Source: Tubiluchus corallicola
Taxonomy: Eukaryota > Animalia > Priapulida
NCBI GenBank assembly: GCA_030141605.1
Contig: JAQGDQ010000227.1
Location: 62,001-126,000, forward strand
DNA: 64,000 bases
Direction: 5' to 3'
The notes under the pieces are model-generated. The model did not search any database and had not been told where the DNA came from. It saw only the letters and a list, made by a program, of their open reading frames with translations. Shown here in pieces: positions 1 to 14,376 of this stretch (position 1 is its first letter; every line of letters begins with the position of its first letter). Both the position numbers and the translations under genes were made by a program.

Positions 1-229
1 ACTGTACGTATTTAGCCTCGCCCACGTGCATGACCTTTTCAAATACAGGTTTCTTGAGTACGTGGTAAATGTTAGCAATATCTTATTAATAATGGGTGCC
101 AAACGTTATGCCACTGTCTTATTAATAATGATTCAGCTATACTGTCTGTGCGTGCTAAGCGTTTAGTAAAGGGTATATAATGGCTCAAAGCTTGGCACGT
201 ATAATAATAATACCGTATATACCGTATAA

Positions 230-870
230 TACCTGAAGTGATTTCAGAAAAATTGCCATAAAGAATTATATTACTTTACAGCAATTTTATACATATGTCG
301 TACTCGCGTTAAAAGGAATTTTTGTTTGTTTTCATTTTAAATCTCCAGCAATACTCCCATTACATGACGTCACCTACGCAGAGAGCAAATCAGGGAAAAG
401 AAAAGAAATGTTAAATTGTGACCCATGAAATTTTCCATGTAAATCAATATTATTTAGCATGTAGGTTACCTGCTGGAAAGACTTGTGTAACTAGAAATAA
501 TAGTTTAAAATGTTCGTGCCAATTGGAAAAATGTCGCAGGCTCACCCTCCAGGGTGCGGCACTCACTAATCAAAAAACGTATTTTTATCTTATTGACAAG
601 ATACAGTTTTTTAAAATTGTACCTAATTAGTAACATGCCTGCTACGAATGCTCTGATTACTTTTTCAAAGTTTACAAAATGCTATCTAAACTTGTTTCAA
701 ATGACCTACCATTAAAATGGCTGCGCCTAAGGGCCATCGCGGGAGTTTAATTTTACAAGTTTTCTACAGTCTTACTGCCGACACAAGCCCTGCATGCAAA
801 AAGCCAGTATGTCATTGGCATAAAATTTCAAGATGAATTTTAAGCTCTGTGTAAGTGGGGGGTTTTCTTA
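230..870 (+). mobile_element. Family C copy
   Basis: Colinear with ~39978-40590. The ORFs 418-630, 40069-40374 and 59944-60356 share this repeat. Confidence 0.7.
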
Positions 871-1521
871 TAAACGACGCAGATTAATTCTTAATGACAA
901 GAAAAGTGACAACGAATAAAAAAATGAAGTAATTACTTCGAGCTTTTATTTGTATTATTAATAACACGTGAAAGAAACAATCTAAAAAGATACAGAAGCA
1001 CAGCAGAATAGAAGAGCAATAGGAAACACAATAGGAATGTTTTTTTAGTTTTAGTTTATTATTATCACATTCAGTACAACAGAAAGCACATAGTGACATC
1101 AAAATTATGTCATACTGTAATAAATTATTATGTTTTATACACTATCGTTATCATAAAAGAATAATTGTACTGCAGTGGGCTAGAGAAGCAAAGGCTTGTA
1201 TAAGCCCACTGTCATGTGAATCGGACAAAAAAAGAATGGGTGAGTGAACAAAAAAAACACTGGGAGAAAGGTTAGATCACACAGGAAGGGTAAAAGGAGA
1301 GTTAGTGGAAATGGTAGAAAGACAGTAGATTGTGCTATGTTGACATCAGCTCTAAAGATTTATCAATGATGCCTTGTTTTGCATAATCTGTACCAGGATT
1401 GTGGTATGGCTGCTGCAGTATATGTAGGATATTAGGAAGTGTTAAAGTAAGAAATTACTAGTTAGACACAATCACAGAACAGCGTGGTCACAACAGAAAC
1501 TAACTTTTTCCATTAACTTAA

Positions 1522-2133
1522 AGGAAGACAGGACGACAGACAGGTTTTTCATGTACTGCCACATTTTTAAGTCCGAAGTAAACATTTTAACACAATTAAT
1601 ACTGCAAAAGTGTTTCTGATAATTAAGTAATAGATTAAAATCTTAATTAGCGGTGGGCGAGCCCAATTATTGATGACATCACAAATTAACATAATTTTCA
1701 AACAGCAAAAATATTCCGCGAGCGTGTTGCGCGTGTATTCGAAAGCGAAGATTGAAGTACAGTGCTCAGATATTCAGTGTGTTGTACTAAAACTAGACAA
1801 GTTTTACGATAAAAATTGAAATTTCAAATTTACCGATTTACCGCTGTGCTCACACATGAGCTGTCTAACGTGTGTAATTCGTCACAAATTAACACATCTG
1901 AACGGAGAGGTACAGCCCTTGTTTCTTGTGCAATGCCTTTCTGAAATCCAGGCGATAGTCTAACTGCGAATGGCGAAATGCAGGTAACAGCGAAGAACTA
2001 GTGGCGTGAACGCGAAATTGTGTTTGTGTGGTAGTAATTCTTTCACGTAAGTCTTTTGTGAAAAAATAGGTTCCATTCAATATTTTAAACAGTAGATTGT
2101 TTTGATCTACAGTTTAACATAGGGTCCGGTTCT
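1522..2133 (+). mobile_element. Family A copy
   Basis: ttaa|aggaagacagga start; colinear with 29239-29843. Confidence 0.75.
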
Positions 2134-3129
2134 AATCTAATGGAAAAAGTTTGTTTCTGTTGTTCTGTGATTGTGTCTAACTAGTAATTTCTTACTTTAA
2201 CACTTCCTATTATCCTACACCTACTGCAGCAGTCATACCACAATGCTGGTACAGATTATGCAAAACAAGGCATCATTGGTAAATCTTTACAGCTGATGTC
2301 AACGTAGCGCAATCTACTGTCTTTCTTCCTACCATTTCCCCCAACACATCCTTCTACCCTTCCAGTGTGATCTAACCTTTCTCCCAGTTCTTTTTTTGTT
2401 CACTCATCCATTCTTTTTAATACAAAATAGTCATCGATATTAAACTTTTCATGCCACTTCTAAGCAGTCCGAAACCATCCAACAATTAGCTAATATCTCT
2501 TAGCAAAAATACAATTACTGTTAAGTTGACCTTCTGTCCCGTAGGCCTAAAAGAACACTCTGTGATTATTCTTCTATTCCAATACTGTCTTGTAGATGTT
2601 TTCCTTCAGCTGGTCATGACTTCCTCTTCACGGTATCTGCAGTTTTAGTCTCGCTACGTATTTCCTTTCCGGTTTGTTCAATTTTTGTTTCGATCTTCAT
2701 TTTCTAACAGTTTTGCGTGTCCAGCTCCCATTGAAATTTGAGCTAAATCTGTCATTTATCCACCTGGGTCATTTTAAAAATACATAAAATGTAATTAAGT
2801 TCATTTCAAAAGCACAAAAGCATTAAAATATTTCCTTGATATGAAACTGATAACTGTTGCCAGGATTATCTTCTCAGGGCTTTTAATTAAATCGAAATTA
2901 TGTAAATAAGACACCTAAATCTGGAATTTTTGCTAAAGAAACTTCAGACGAGCTTCAGACGAGGAAAATACAACCTAATGGTAATCAGACATCTGTTAAG
3001 TAGGAATGTTTTTCTGGTTAGATATCATCATACGTATCCTGTGTTCATTCGTCGAAGCACATAACACTGTTAACCTTCTGTAGCCAAGCGCTTCGATCCT
3101 TAACTACTTTCCACGATCAAGTATCTTTC

Positions 3130-3497
3130 AGAATAAGCCTTTTCACAGTTCCAGCAATTGATGATGATTGTGAAAAGGTCAAAGGTTAAGTGTACCAGAC
3201 GCATTTGTGTACACGTGACAACCCTCGCAGCCCATGCTTTTGTAACGGTAACAGTTTTAACACGTTTTAACAGCTAGCTAGAATCTTACCTAGTTCATTT
3301 TTTCTTGTTTCCAAGCAAGATCCTGCTAGTAAATCACTCTATGCACAGACGAATGCATAATTAAGTAAAGTCCCCGTTACTGAACTGATGCGACCGACGG
3401 TTTTCTTTTGCCAACGTTATGGTTGTAGTTAAGACGCGCTGCTGTGGTACATTTAACCTTTGACATACAGCAACTGCGCGTGCGCACAACGAAACAG
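3130..3497 (+). repeat. Interspersed repeat, second copy at ~10786-11166
   Basis: Colinear similarity; internal inverted aggtcaaaggttaa/ttaacctttgac. Confidence 0.65.
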
Positions 3498-3539
3498 TGA
3501 AGAGACTTATTGAATTCAATCAACGTAGCTACAAATAAA

Positions 3540-3940
3540 TAATGGCTGGCACTTAATTAGTACATGTACACTATAATAGATCCATAAGCCTAACACAGCT
3601 TTTTGCTTCAAATCCAGCCTTTTCCTTGCTTTCTTTGATGGTTGAACTGATTCATGGAAAGTTTTGTTAAGTGGACAATCTTCAAGTAACCTCAGAGGAT
3701 GACCCAAGAAATTAAGTCCTCTGCGTTCAATCTTCCTGGTCTATTTTTCTTCCTTGGTTTTATCGTACAAATCTTTGTTGCTTATAACTTTTGGCCATTT
3801 CATCTCCAGTAACGATCTGTACAAAAGCCTTGAAAGGCTTTTCAGTAACAAAAATATCAGCTTAAACTGCAAACTTATGATCTTCAAAACTTTCGTATCA
3901 TCCACCTTTCTATACAATTCAGAACTGTCGACCTTGAAAG
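3540..3940. mobile_element. RTE-like LINE fragment with internal inversion
   Basis: + strand KLMIFKTFVSSTFLYNSEL; - strand LLEMKWPKVISNKDLY...LGHPLRL. Confidence 0.72.
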
Positions 3941-4541
3941 TAATAATCAACTGGTTAGATAGTGCAGTTCTGGATTATAACAATGGCAACTATCTACATA
4001 CGCATCAATTGGTTAAATAGAGCAGTTCTGGATTATTACCATGGCAACTGTCTACGTAAACATTATTGCGCGTCCCTGGCAACCACGTTTCCATGTAACC
4101 ATTTGAACGGTCTGATTTTCTACTTGCGTGATTGTGGCATTATTTAATTTTACTTGCATTTCTACTCATATCGACCAGCTGCAGTTGTACAACGGACAAA
4201 GACACAATTGACACACGCAGCTAACATTCTTATCATTGTCGCTGACATTGAAGATGCAAATGCATGTAGAACAAAGGCTTGTTAACTAATCATTGTCATT
4301 GCTACTGAAGAAGATATCATCGTTACTACTCGATCCTGAAAAAATTCCAAATACATCATTAAACTGATAATGACATTGGAGAAACGTAGCTCCTGGTGGC
4401 TGCTGATACATAAACTGGTGAAGTTTGCTGTTAATTCGCTTTGGGTACAGATGAGAAAGACACACCTGCTGCTCACAGTAAGGAAACTTCTACTTAACTC
4501 CCACTGACTGCTGATAGTAAAAGAACTGCTGACTGCTTGTT

Positions 4542-5180
4542 CTGACTGCCGATGCTGAAGAAACTTCTGATAACTTATGCTGAATGCTGATACTGAAAAA
4601 ACTTCTGATAACTTATGCTGATTGCTGATACTGAAGAAACTTCTGATAACTTATACTGACTGCTGATGCTGAAGAAACTTCTGATAACTTATTCTGACTG
4701 CTGATGCTGAAGAAACTTCTGATAACTTATGCTGACTGCTGATACTGAAGAAACTTCTGATAACTTATACTGACTGCTGATACTGAAGAAACTTCCGGTA
4801 ACTTATACTGACTGCTGATACTGAAGAAACTTCCGATAACTTATACTGACTGCTGATACTGAAGAAACTTCCGGTAACTTATACTGACTGCTGATACTGA
4901 AGAAACTTCTGATAACTTATACTGACTGCTGATACTGGAGAAACTTCTGGTAACTTATGCTGACTGCCGGTGCTGAAGAAACTTCCGGTAACTTATACTG
5001 ACTGCTGATACTGAAGAAACTTCTGATAACTTATTCTGACTGCTGATACTGAAGAAGCTTCTGATAACTTATACTGACTGCTGATACTGAAGAAACTTCT
5101 GATAACTTATACTGACTGCTGATACTGAAGAAACTTCTGATAACTTATGCGGACTGCTGATACTAAAGAAACTTCCGATA
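4542..5180. repeat. 38-bp minisatellite, ~16 copies
   Basis: Unit ctgactgctgatactgaagaaacttctgataacttata. Confidence 0.95.
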
Positions 5181-6610
5181 GATGCTGAAGTTTTTGAGAC
5201 AGAAGGTTAATGTGTTGTAATTTCGCTAGGCTCTACAACGCAAAGCAGCTGATGCTACAGGAATCTCTCTACGTTCTACGAAGCTTTTACTGTTTCTTGA
5301 AATGCGTCATAGAAACAATGCAATAAAAATACCACCTCTAGTCCAATATAACAAAATACAAACAAGATAACAAAGATAACAATAACAACTTTGCTTTAAG
5401 CTTTTTCACACAATATCTTTTTCGCATGGATCCGTTTTAGGTTGACCTTATCGAACATATTCCACCGTGTACACACTCTAGACCCTCACACCATACATCT
5501 TCAACGTATACGATAATTTCAAGACTACCTGAGGTGCGCAGGATCATTGTAATGCGAGCTAAACTCTCCCGAGGCTTAACGAATTCTGCAAACGTTCATC
5601 TCCTGTGGCTCAATTTACAGTCAAATTAACGTCTATCTTAGAAGCCATAATTTCAGCTAGACTGGAAACGGCCTGTTCTTGACCAAGTCGTGAAAGCAAA
5701 TTTCCAGTGAAACTTATTAGACAGTCGTCTGTGCAAACGATTGGACGGAAATCTAGACTACATTGTTATACGTGAACAATTACAGTTACTCAGAACATTG
5801 TAAACTTGTGGATAATCAAGAGATGTGTTCGGGCAGAAGCATCGTGGATAGGATTTCCACCTCTTAGCGAACCGAAATCAGGAGTTAAGAACCATCTAGG
5901 GTCTAGGGGACACAGTAAGATCCCCAGAGGGACAGGAGGAAAGAACTCCGGAAACCGACGTATATTTCGTGTACTTTAGACGTCTTGTGAAGGTTTTTTC
6001 GTAAACATGTCAAGAAGCATAAAACAGAACTTCCATTTTTGCAGTTCTTTCCGTGTCCCAATATATTTCTCACATCTTTGAGGTTGATGGAGATAGTTTT
6101 TAGCAAAAAAATATTAAAAAACATTATGTTGCGTGAATTTAAGCTAAGTCTTCTCTACCCACTCTTAAATTTCAATGCGATTGTCGAAATCAGGTGATAC
6201 AGAATTTTTGCAAAATCCGACCGTATTATGTATGTACTGCTGAATCTCAAGAAATCTCTAGCCGAATCAGAAGTGGACGACTTACAAATACAACCTACAG
6301 GTCTTTACTTCAATGTGATTGTTTACAGCACTGTAATCAAATATAGAAATCTGCAATGTCTCTAACTCAGATAAATTCTAACATTTTTATGCTGGACAGC
6401 TATTTTAGTTGAAAGTAAGCTGCAGTTTTGTCGAACATTTGAACATTCGCTGCGTAGCTACATTATATACAGTATATATTATATCATTACATTATATCGC
6501 TGGCTTTATATTAGAACCAGTTATTTGGGTATGAGCAGAAATAAATAATCTGGCTGGAATTATTGAGTGTTTGCAAAGGTTAAACGGCGCAGGCCTATTT
6601 GAAAACGTCC

Positions 6611-6846
6611 ACAAGCTTGCAGCCACTTCGTACTGTACGTGTTGATTTAGCTTGTCTTCAATATTGCTGTCAAACTGAATCTTGAACGCCTACAAGCTTG
6701 CAGCCACTTCGTACTGTACATGTTGATTTAGCTTGCCTTCAATATTGCTGTCAAACTGAATCTTGAACGCCTACAAGCTTGCAGCCACTTCGTACTGTAC
6801 ATGTTGATTTAGCTAGTCTTCAATATTACTGTCAAACTGAATCTTG
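6611..6846. repeat. 81-bp tandem repeat x3
   Basis: Units start at 6611, 6692, 6773. Confidence 0.9.
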
Positions 6847-8399
6847 CTGACCATTAAGCTAATAGTTACTCCCCACCGGCTGGCTTAGGCTGTGATAAGG
6901 AAGACCGGATAATTTTTCATATATTACCCCATTTTCAAGTCCGGTATAAGGTATACATACTACGTATTGAATAACATTGCACTGAATATACGGTATAGAA
7001 CAACTTCTGTTAAGATAAAATCAGCATTTGTCTTTCATTTCAGTAGACCATCAGGAGCTATTCATCTAACTATCTTGGGCCGTTATCTTTATGACTCCTT
7101 GCTTGAGTCTTAAAGGAAGACAGGATGACTTTTCATATACTACCCCATTTCAAGTACAGTAAAGCGTGTACATTTTAACACAATTAATACTGCAAAATCG
7201 TTTCTGATAGTTAAATAATAGATTAAAATCTCAATCAATGGCGCTATTTACATGCATAAGATTTAGATCTCAAGCACTTCAAAACTTCTTTATATATATA
7301 TATAAACTTTATTTATTTTGAGTGGATTTACAACACAGTAACTATTACTGATCACAGTATTTCCACTATGTGCAGTGAAGAAATATACAATTAGTTAGTT
7401 CGAGTAAGTAATAACTAAAAATAGTTAATTCAAAAATACGACTAGTTCATTAGTTAATACTTAATTGAAATTTTCAAAACCCATACAATAGATAAGATAA
7501 CAGAAACGATTCTCGATGTACATAAGCCTATAAGCCCATGCAAAGTATAAGTACGTTTTAGTGTAGATTCCAGTTATTACAGCAGTACATATAGTTGATT
7601 TTAGCATACGTTGTTTATTAATGAAACTTGATTGAAAGACTACATAATAACTTAAAATACAATTATACGTGCAATCAGTTAGCAAAACGTTTAGCGGACT
7701 TTATGTAGTTACGCAACAATTTGAAGAGAATGTCACTGGATGGATGTCCTGATTATTTAGTGTTCACTGCACAGTTTTTATTGCTAAAGAAATTTTAAGC
7801 TGCTAGTCTTCACTGCGCATGCGCTTGAATTTACACGTTGGCATCACTATAATTATAAGATGAGTCGATTTTAGTTCTCTAGAAATTGCTTTATTTAAAA
7901 GACACTTGGAGATGCTGTAATTACTTTTGTAAAGGACCCCTCATCATTTTTCCCCTTCTATTCTTGTGTTCTGGATTGTCGCTAGTTATTTCCTGTTATT
8001 TCTGGTGACTTACGTTTTATATGTCATTTGATTCCAAATTTCACTACTAAATCAATGACCATTTCTGCCTCTGATATATTACGTAAGCATGGCTTCTATT
8101 TTTCTGCAGTAATTATTAATTGTTTACGTTCATCAATAGTTAGGCTCGCCCGTTTACTAATTAAGTTTTTAATCTATTATTTAATTCTCAGAAAAGCTTT
8201 TGCAGTATTAATTGTGTTAAAATGTACACGTTTTATGAGACGCGAAAACGGGTAGTATGTATAATAAAATCTTCCTTTAATGGATTTAGGTTTGGTAATA
8301 CGTAAGGAGAGACGTTATATTGACAGTGTGATATTTACAGTATTGTTCAACAATTATCTGCTTGTTTCTTCCTAATAAAACTTTTTTGTCATTTTTCAG

Positions 8400-8495
8400 A
8401 TCAGGCACTTTGGTATTTGTGTGTTCACTTGTTTTTGGAACACGGTTTGGTTCAACGTTTTCAGCTAGACGTAGCGAAGATAATGAAATGTTTTG
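8400..8495 (+). CDS. PDE7: PDE7-like phosphodiesterase, first exon visible in window (xQALWYLCVHLFLEHGLVQRFQLDVAKIMKCF)
   Basis: tttttcag|...ttttg|gtatgt; 96 bp, phase 1/1. Resembles PDE7 '[26 protein letters not shown]' and joins in frame to 21085. Confidence 0.85.
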
Positions 8496-8500
8496 GTATG

Positions 8501-8802
<302 letters not shown>

Positions 8803-9074
8803 ATGGAAGTATCAGTACTCAGGGCCCCTTGAAACCTTAATCAAGGCTTCCTCAGAGCTGAAAACTATTGATTCATTGATTCTTTCCTCGGCTTGCTATC
8901 CAGCGTATTATTAATTCCCATGTTAATTGTCATAAATGCTGTGGAAGCAACAATTATAAAACTGATAAATTATTAAAATCTTAATGTCCAGGTAATTACC
9001 AGTGATGGCACAAAGCTATGAGGGATGAACATCGGAGTTCGGATTGCCTAGAGCATTGGGCGTACAGTATACTA

Positions 9075-9150
9075 CTCATCCGGTGAAATAGTGGTCTAAG
9101 TATCTGCCTTGTAAGCAGAAGGTCCTTGGTTCTAATCCAGGACTGTGTCC
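9075..9150 (+). pseudogene. Degenerate tRNA(Thr,TGT)-like sequence or SINE head
   Basis: Box A-like tagtggtctaag, stem-loop tctgc-cttgtaa-gcaga, box B-like ggttctaatcc; acceptor stem does not pair. Confidence 0.45.
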
Positions 9151-9406
9151 AAACTTTTTTCTTACATTTTCTGTCTTTCAAATCAGGAATCAATATTCGA
9201 GTGATTGCAAAAAAAGACAAAGACGAGATTTATTTACCCTCGCTCATTTAACAGACAACATTTACCAGTCATTGACCTCAGCACATGAGTAAGGAGTAAG
9301 CATTATCCAATTAACTCATTGGACACATGTACTGATGTCAAGAACAAGAATGACTCCACCCACTCACCAATCACTGGACCAATCAGCATTCAGCTGAACT
9401 TGGCCA

Positions 9407-9588
9407 GTCAGCAGGAGACGTTACCATGGTCACAAGTCAGCGGAATACGTTACCAAGGTAACCGGTCAGCAGAAGACGTTACCATGGCGACAAGTCAGCA
9501 GGACACGTTACCAAGGTGACAGTTCAGCAGAAGACGTTACCATGGTGACAAATCTGCAGAATACGTTACCAAGGTGACAGGTCAGCAG
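9407..9588. repeat. 29-bp minisatellite, ~6 copies
   Basis: Unit gtcagcaggagacgttaccatggtcacaa. Confidence 0.85.
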
Positions 9589-11976
9589 CGGTCCATTGCT
9601 AGGGAAAGTTACTTATAACTATGTAAAGACGACTAAAACATTTTACCTAAAATTAGGAACAGGAAGCTGTTTATAAAGGGTTTGCGGGAGTGGCAGCAGT
9701 TAGTTATGAATGTAGGATTCTCGCCTTCTTCACTACCATGTATTGCTCTCTGCAAGACGTCTCCTGATTGTCAAGATGTGTTACATACATGTGTACTGCA
9801 ATAAAAGTACACGTTCACGCTGATGTTACGTTGGACTTTATAATTCTTTATTCAACACGAGAGTTTAGCACAGTTCACACGAACACACCCATACAACACC
9901 TGCATAATTACTGAGCAATTACAGTATGTACAGGGCCATCTTAGCGCATGGGCAGATTGCCCCGGGGCCCCACGAGCAATAGGACCCCATGGTAGTCTAT
10001 CAATTTTATGACTTGTTGTGAATAAATAAATTCTATACTATACTCTGGAAATGAAATCCTGAAGACCATTGACTTCAAGCCAATTATTAAGCAATTTTTT
10101 GCAAAGAAACTTCGCAAATGTTTGTGTTGATTAATAATAAATAATTCATAGTAATTTCATACAGTGCCATCCTTGTCTGTACCATTGACTACCAATTTAT
10201 GAGATGAATTTTTTGTATCTTTTAAGGCTCATGTTATATTGTTCAAACGTTTGTGTTGATTAATCTTTGCTGTACAGCATGTTTTTTCATGTTTTGACAT
10301 GTGGGTAAAGCAAAGCCGACTGCCGCATCAGTTCGGTAACTTCAGATCACTTTACTTAATTATGCATTGGACTGATTTTGTTGAAAGTACCAATACAGTA
10401 AAAATATGTTTAATTTTATCGACCATTTACACTTTTATTCCTGTGTGTGCTTGTATAGGTTGACCCCCCAGTGCACTGCTTAACCTGGGCCTATAATGCT
10501 GTTAAGATACTACCTGAGTACGTACTCTGAGTTATTTGATCTCATGCTCTCGAGAAAGAAACCTGTGTTAGTTAAGCTTAATGATTTTATATTATTGGGT
10601 GCTAAATTTTACATAATCATGTTTTATTTGAAGCATTCGTTCTCATTTTTCATCTTCTCAATATTTGAATTCAGTTATTTTGGCACAACTCGATTTGTCG
10701 ATCGAAAATTAACTGCTTCAAAGGAAAGACGTTCAAATCACAGAAATGACACAATTTTTCTAAGACCGGCCTTGTTTTCCGCCTAAATAAGCTTCTTCAC
10801 ACAGCTCCAGCGATTGATGATGATCGTGAAAAGGTCAAAGGTGAACCATACAACGCATTAGTGTGTACACTTGGCAACGCTTCGCAGCTCATGCTAAATT
10901 GTAATAGTAACAGTTTTAACAACTAGCTAGAATCTTATCTAGGTCATTTTTTCTTGTTTTTTAAGCAAGATCCTGCTAGTAAATCGCTCTACACACAGAC
11001 TAATGCGTAATTAAGTAAAGCGAATGTAAAACAACTAAAGCTACTGAACTGATGCGGCAGATGCCTTTGCTTTACCCACATGTCGCGTGATGGTTGTAGT
11101 TAAAACGCCTTGCTGTGGTACACTTAACCTTTGACCTACAGCGACCGCGCGTGCGCACAACGAAACTTGAGAGTAACTACTAACTATATACTCAGTTTGA
11201 GTAAGTCGATTTTACTTTGACTCAGCTTTCCAGTGTGAAACTCATTGTGGTTCCTAGTCTGTGTGCTCTGTAAAAACCTCAGCGTGTGCATCAGCATCAG
11301 CATCAGCAGCAGCAGCAGAAGCTGTAAGTTGATTAGTTTGATACGCTGAAGCGCAATTTATTTTATGTCAACCGCAAGGCACAACCTTGAAAGACGCTCT
11401 CATAATGAATCTCTCTATTGCGTCATCAGCCTATTAGAACAAAGTGGACAGAACAGTTTTAGATTTATGAAAGCCATTGTGCGCATTCTGTTTGATGAAA
11501 AATGAAGCATTTTCCGTCCGCTGCTAATTTAGAACAAGCTGGTTACTCAGCCTTCTAGGCGGTCTGGCAAATTTGATAAAATTAAATCAACCCCATGCTT
11601 TATTATTGCTTTATATATCCATATTTACTTATTTGATACATCCAAATCCCACGATAAAGTATCTTACTGTATAAATTGTTTAATAATGAACTGTGTCCCA
11701 AGCAGGGGGTCTCAACTCCGGGACTGGCTATTCCTAAATCCCGGACAGCATTCCCTACCGCTGTCGAGCTTTAAGGAAATCCGGGACCCAATCTTAAACT
11801 AAAGCTCAAAAAAATCTAACCTATAAAATATTGAAAGGGAATAGTACTATTTTTCCAAGAATGATCAGCCATTCAAGACGTTTTAAGTAAATGTTAAGCC
11901 TAGTGTTAGTAAATTTACTAGAGGAAGTAGAAATGAGTGCAATTATTATTATGATAAGATAGTGATAATAATTTAA

Positions 11977-12861
11977 AGCAAAACCGGACCAAATCTTGAA
12001 CTGCAGGCTAAAACAATCTAGCCTTTAAAATATTGAAACGAAACGTACTATTTCTTCAAATTTTGACTTTGGCGAAAGGATTATTACCACGCAAACACAA
12101 TTTCACGTTCGCGCCAATAGTTCTTTACTGTTACACGCATTTCGCCATTCATTAGTTAGATGGGGCACTAGCACCTGCATTTTGGAAACTCACTGCGTAA
12201 AGAAACAGGTGCTGTACCTCTCACTTCAGATGTCTTAGTTTCTGACGAACTGCACACGTTCGACAACTCATGCGTGAGCACAGCGGTAAATTTGAAATTT
12301 GATTTTTTATCTCAAAACATACCTAGTTTTAGTACAACACACTGAATATCTTACAGTAGCACTGTACTTCAATTTTCGCTGTCGTACGCACGTGCAATAT
12401 GCTCGTGGAATATTTTTGCCGTTAAAAATTATGTCGGTTTGTGATGTTATCAATAGCTGAGCTCGCCCGCCGTTACAAGGACTGCATTTCGGAAACGCAT
12501 TTCACAAGAATCAGGTTCTGTTGTCAGTTCAGAGGTGTTCAGTTATGACGTAGTGCACACGTTGGAAAACTGGTTGAAAATTGTTGAATTTTTAAACTTA
12601 AACTTTGCCGAGCACAGTGAATGTTCTGCATTAGTGCTGTACTTCAATTTTCGCTTTCGCAAACACATGTAAGACGCCGTGGAACGTTTTCGCTGTTGAA
12701 AATTATGTTCAGTTGTGATGTCACACTATTCGCCCGCCGTTAATTAAGTATTTCAACCTATTGTTTAATTACCAGAAACTATTACTTCAAACTATTATAG
12801 ACGTTAAAATGTATAAATTTTACCGGACGGGGTAGTGTATGAGAAATCATGCAGTTTTCCT
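11977..12861 (-). mobile_element. Family A copy with internal partial duplication/insert
   Basis: ttaa|agcaaaaccgga...gttttcct|ttaa; segment 'cactgtacttcaattttcgct' occurs twice. Confidence 0.7.
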
Positions 12862-13905
12862 TTAAATAATTCATTCAAATACACGTGACGTAAGCGTTAT
12901 TTAGGTACAAAATGTACGACAGTTTTTATCATATTTTCCGATAATCTTGTTCAAAAAAGATTTAACATTTTAACTTGGGTTTACTTTCCAATGTTTTCCG
13001 GTCAGTTCATTCATTTTGCGTTTTTATAACAAGGTTTTAACATAAAATGAAACTGATATTCGTATTGGAGCTTCTTTATAACAGTAACCACATAACGTTA
13101 ATTAACGGCAAGCGAACACAGTTATCGCTTACATCACACACTAACCACAGTTTTTGCAATGGGGTCTTCCCTGCGCGTCAAGCGCGTTTGCGTAAGTGAA
13201 GACTCTGATGTGATGTCACGAAAATGAGCTCTACGTCACGCTGACGTCACAAACGAACACTGCAGTTCATGATCATGCTTATCACTGTACCGCGCTTATT
13301 TGTCGGCCACGCGAATGTGACATAAGGCGCCATTGCCAGTTTTTTATTGGACTCGTTGAGCCGCACGTAGCTTTGAAAATTTAACTATCCGAGATAATTA
13401 TTATTTAATCAATGCTTTGATTTAAAAAAACCTGTTGTAGTTTTTATTTTAGAGCATACTTTATTTTGAACTGATGTTTACACAGTCGTCCGTTTTCCAT
13501 TAAGAAACACGAGGCCATCACTGTGATTTCAACATCCGGAGGGACGTCATTTGAAACCAAAGCGTGTAGAATTTAGCTCCTATAGTTTCAGGTCATCTTA
13601 CCTGTAGACAAATGAAACTGCAACCTTAAAGGCCTTAAATCACCTTGTAAGATTTTGTCACCCGATTCCTAGCATTAAGTGGCTTCATGTGTGAAACTGC
13701 AGAGAAGCCAATTGTTGTTGTTCTTACAACCTAGACTTTTTATCACAATGTGCTACAGGGCAGGCGGCCTGGTTTACGACAATCTGACACTGTAATGGCT
13801 TTTTCTTAAGGTATCGTGTAAACACTTTTATGACAGTTTGACACTTAACATATTATTTGAGACAATGTACACGGTGATCACACACCTTTAAGTAAAGGTG
13901 ACACT

Positions 13906-14376
13906 TCTTCTTCTTCCCAGCTTTTCCCTATTCGGGGTCGCCGTTGTGAATGAGTCTTCTCCACGCATTCCTGTTGTAGACCATCTCTTCATTTATGTCT
14001 TCCCTTCCCACATGATCTTCACCGACTCTTCTTTTCAGGTGTCCATACCATCGCAATCTTGTGAGGCTTCCACTACTTTTACTGTTCCTCTGATATTATT
14101 ATTTCTAATATTATCTCTTCTTGTTATTCCCACCATCCATCTCAACATCCTCATCTCCACCACACTCATTTTCTTCTCTTCGGTCTTCTTTAGAGAAGCT
14201 GCTTCCAGCCCATAGATTAGAGCGGGTCTGACCACTTCTTTGTGGACTTTCCCTTTAAGTCTCACCGACTCATTCATGGAAGGTTTTGGCGCAGTTTTTA
14301 CAGGCGGATGCCCTTCCTGACCCTAACCCTCCTGACCCTAACCTTCCTGACCCTAACCTTATTTATGTGGCTAGGT
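13906..14376 (-). mobile_element. RTE-derived short retroelement
   Basis: 19-bp TSD tttaagtaaaggtgacact; (GAA)n tail; RT C-terminal peptide VVRPALIYGLE...EMRMLRW. Confidence 0.85.

Noticed and set aside
2911-2980. AG...GT-bounded open segment as the missing upstream PDE7 exon
   Set aside because: Translation (TPKSGIFAKETSDE...) lacks the expected WxFDIF motif and the acceptor has no pyrimidine tract.
14318-14360. ccctaa telomere-like motifs
   Set aside because: Part of a 15-16-bp triplication inside the RTE-derived element, not a (TTAGGG)n array.
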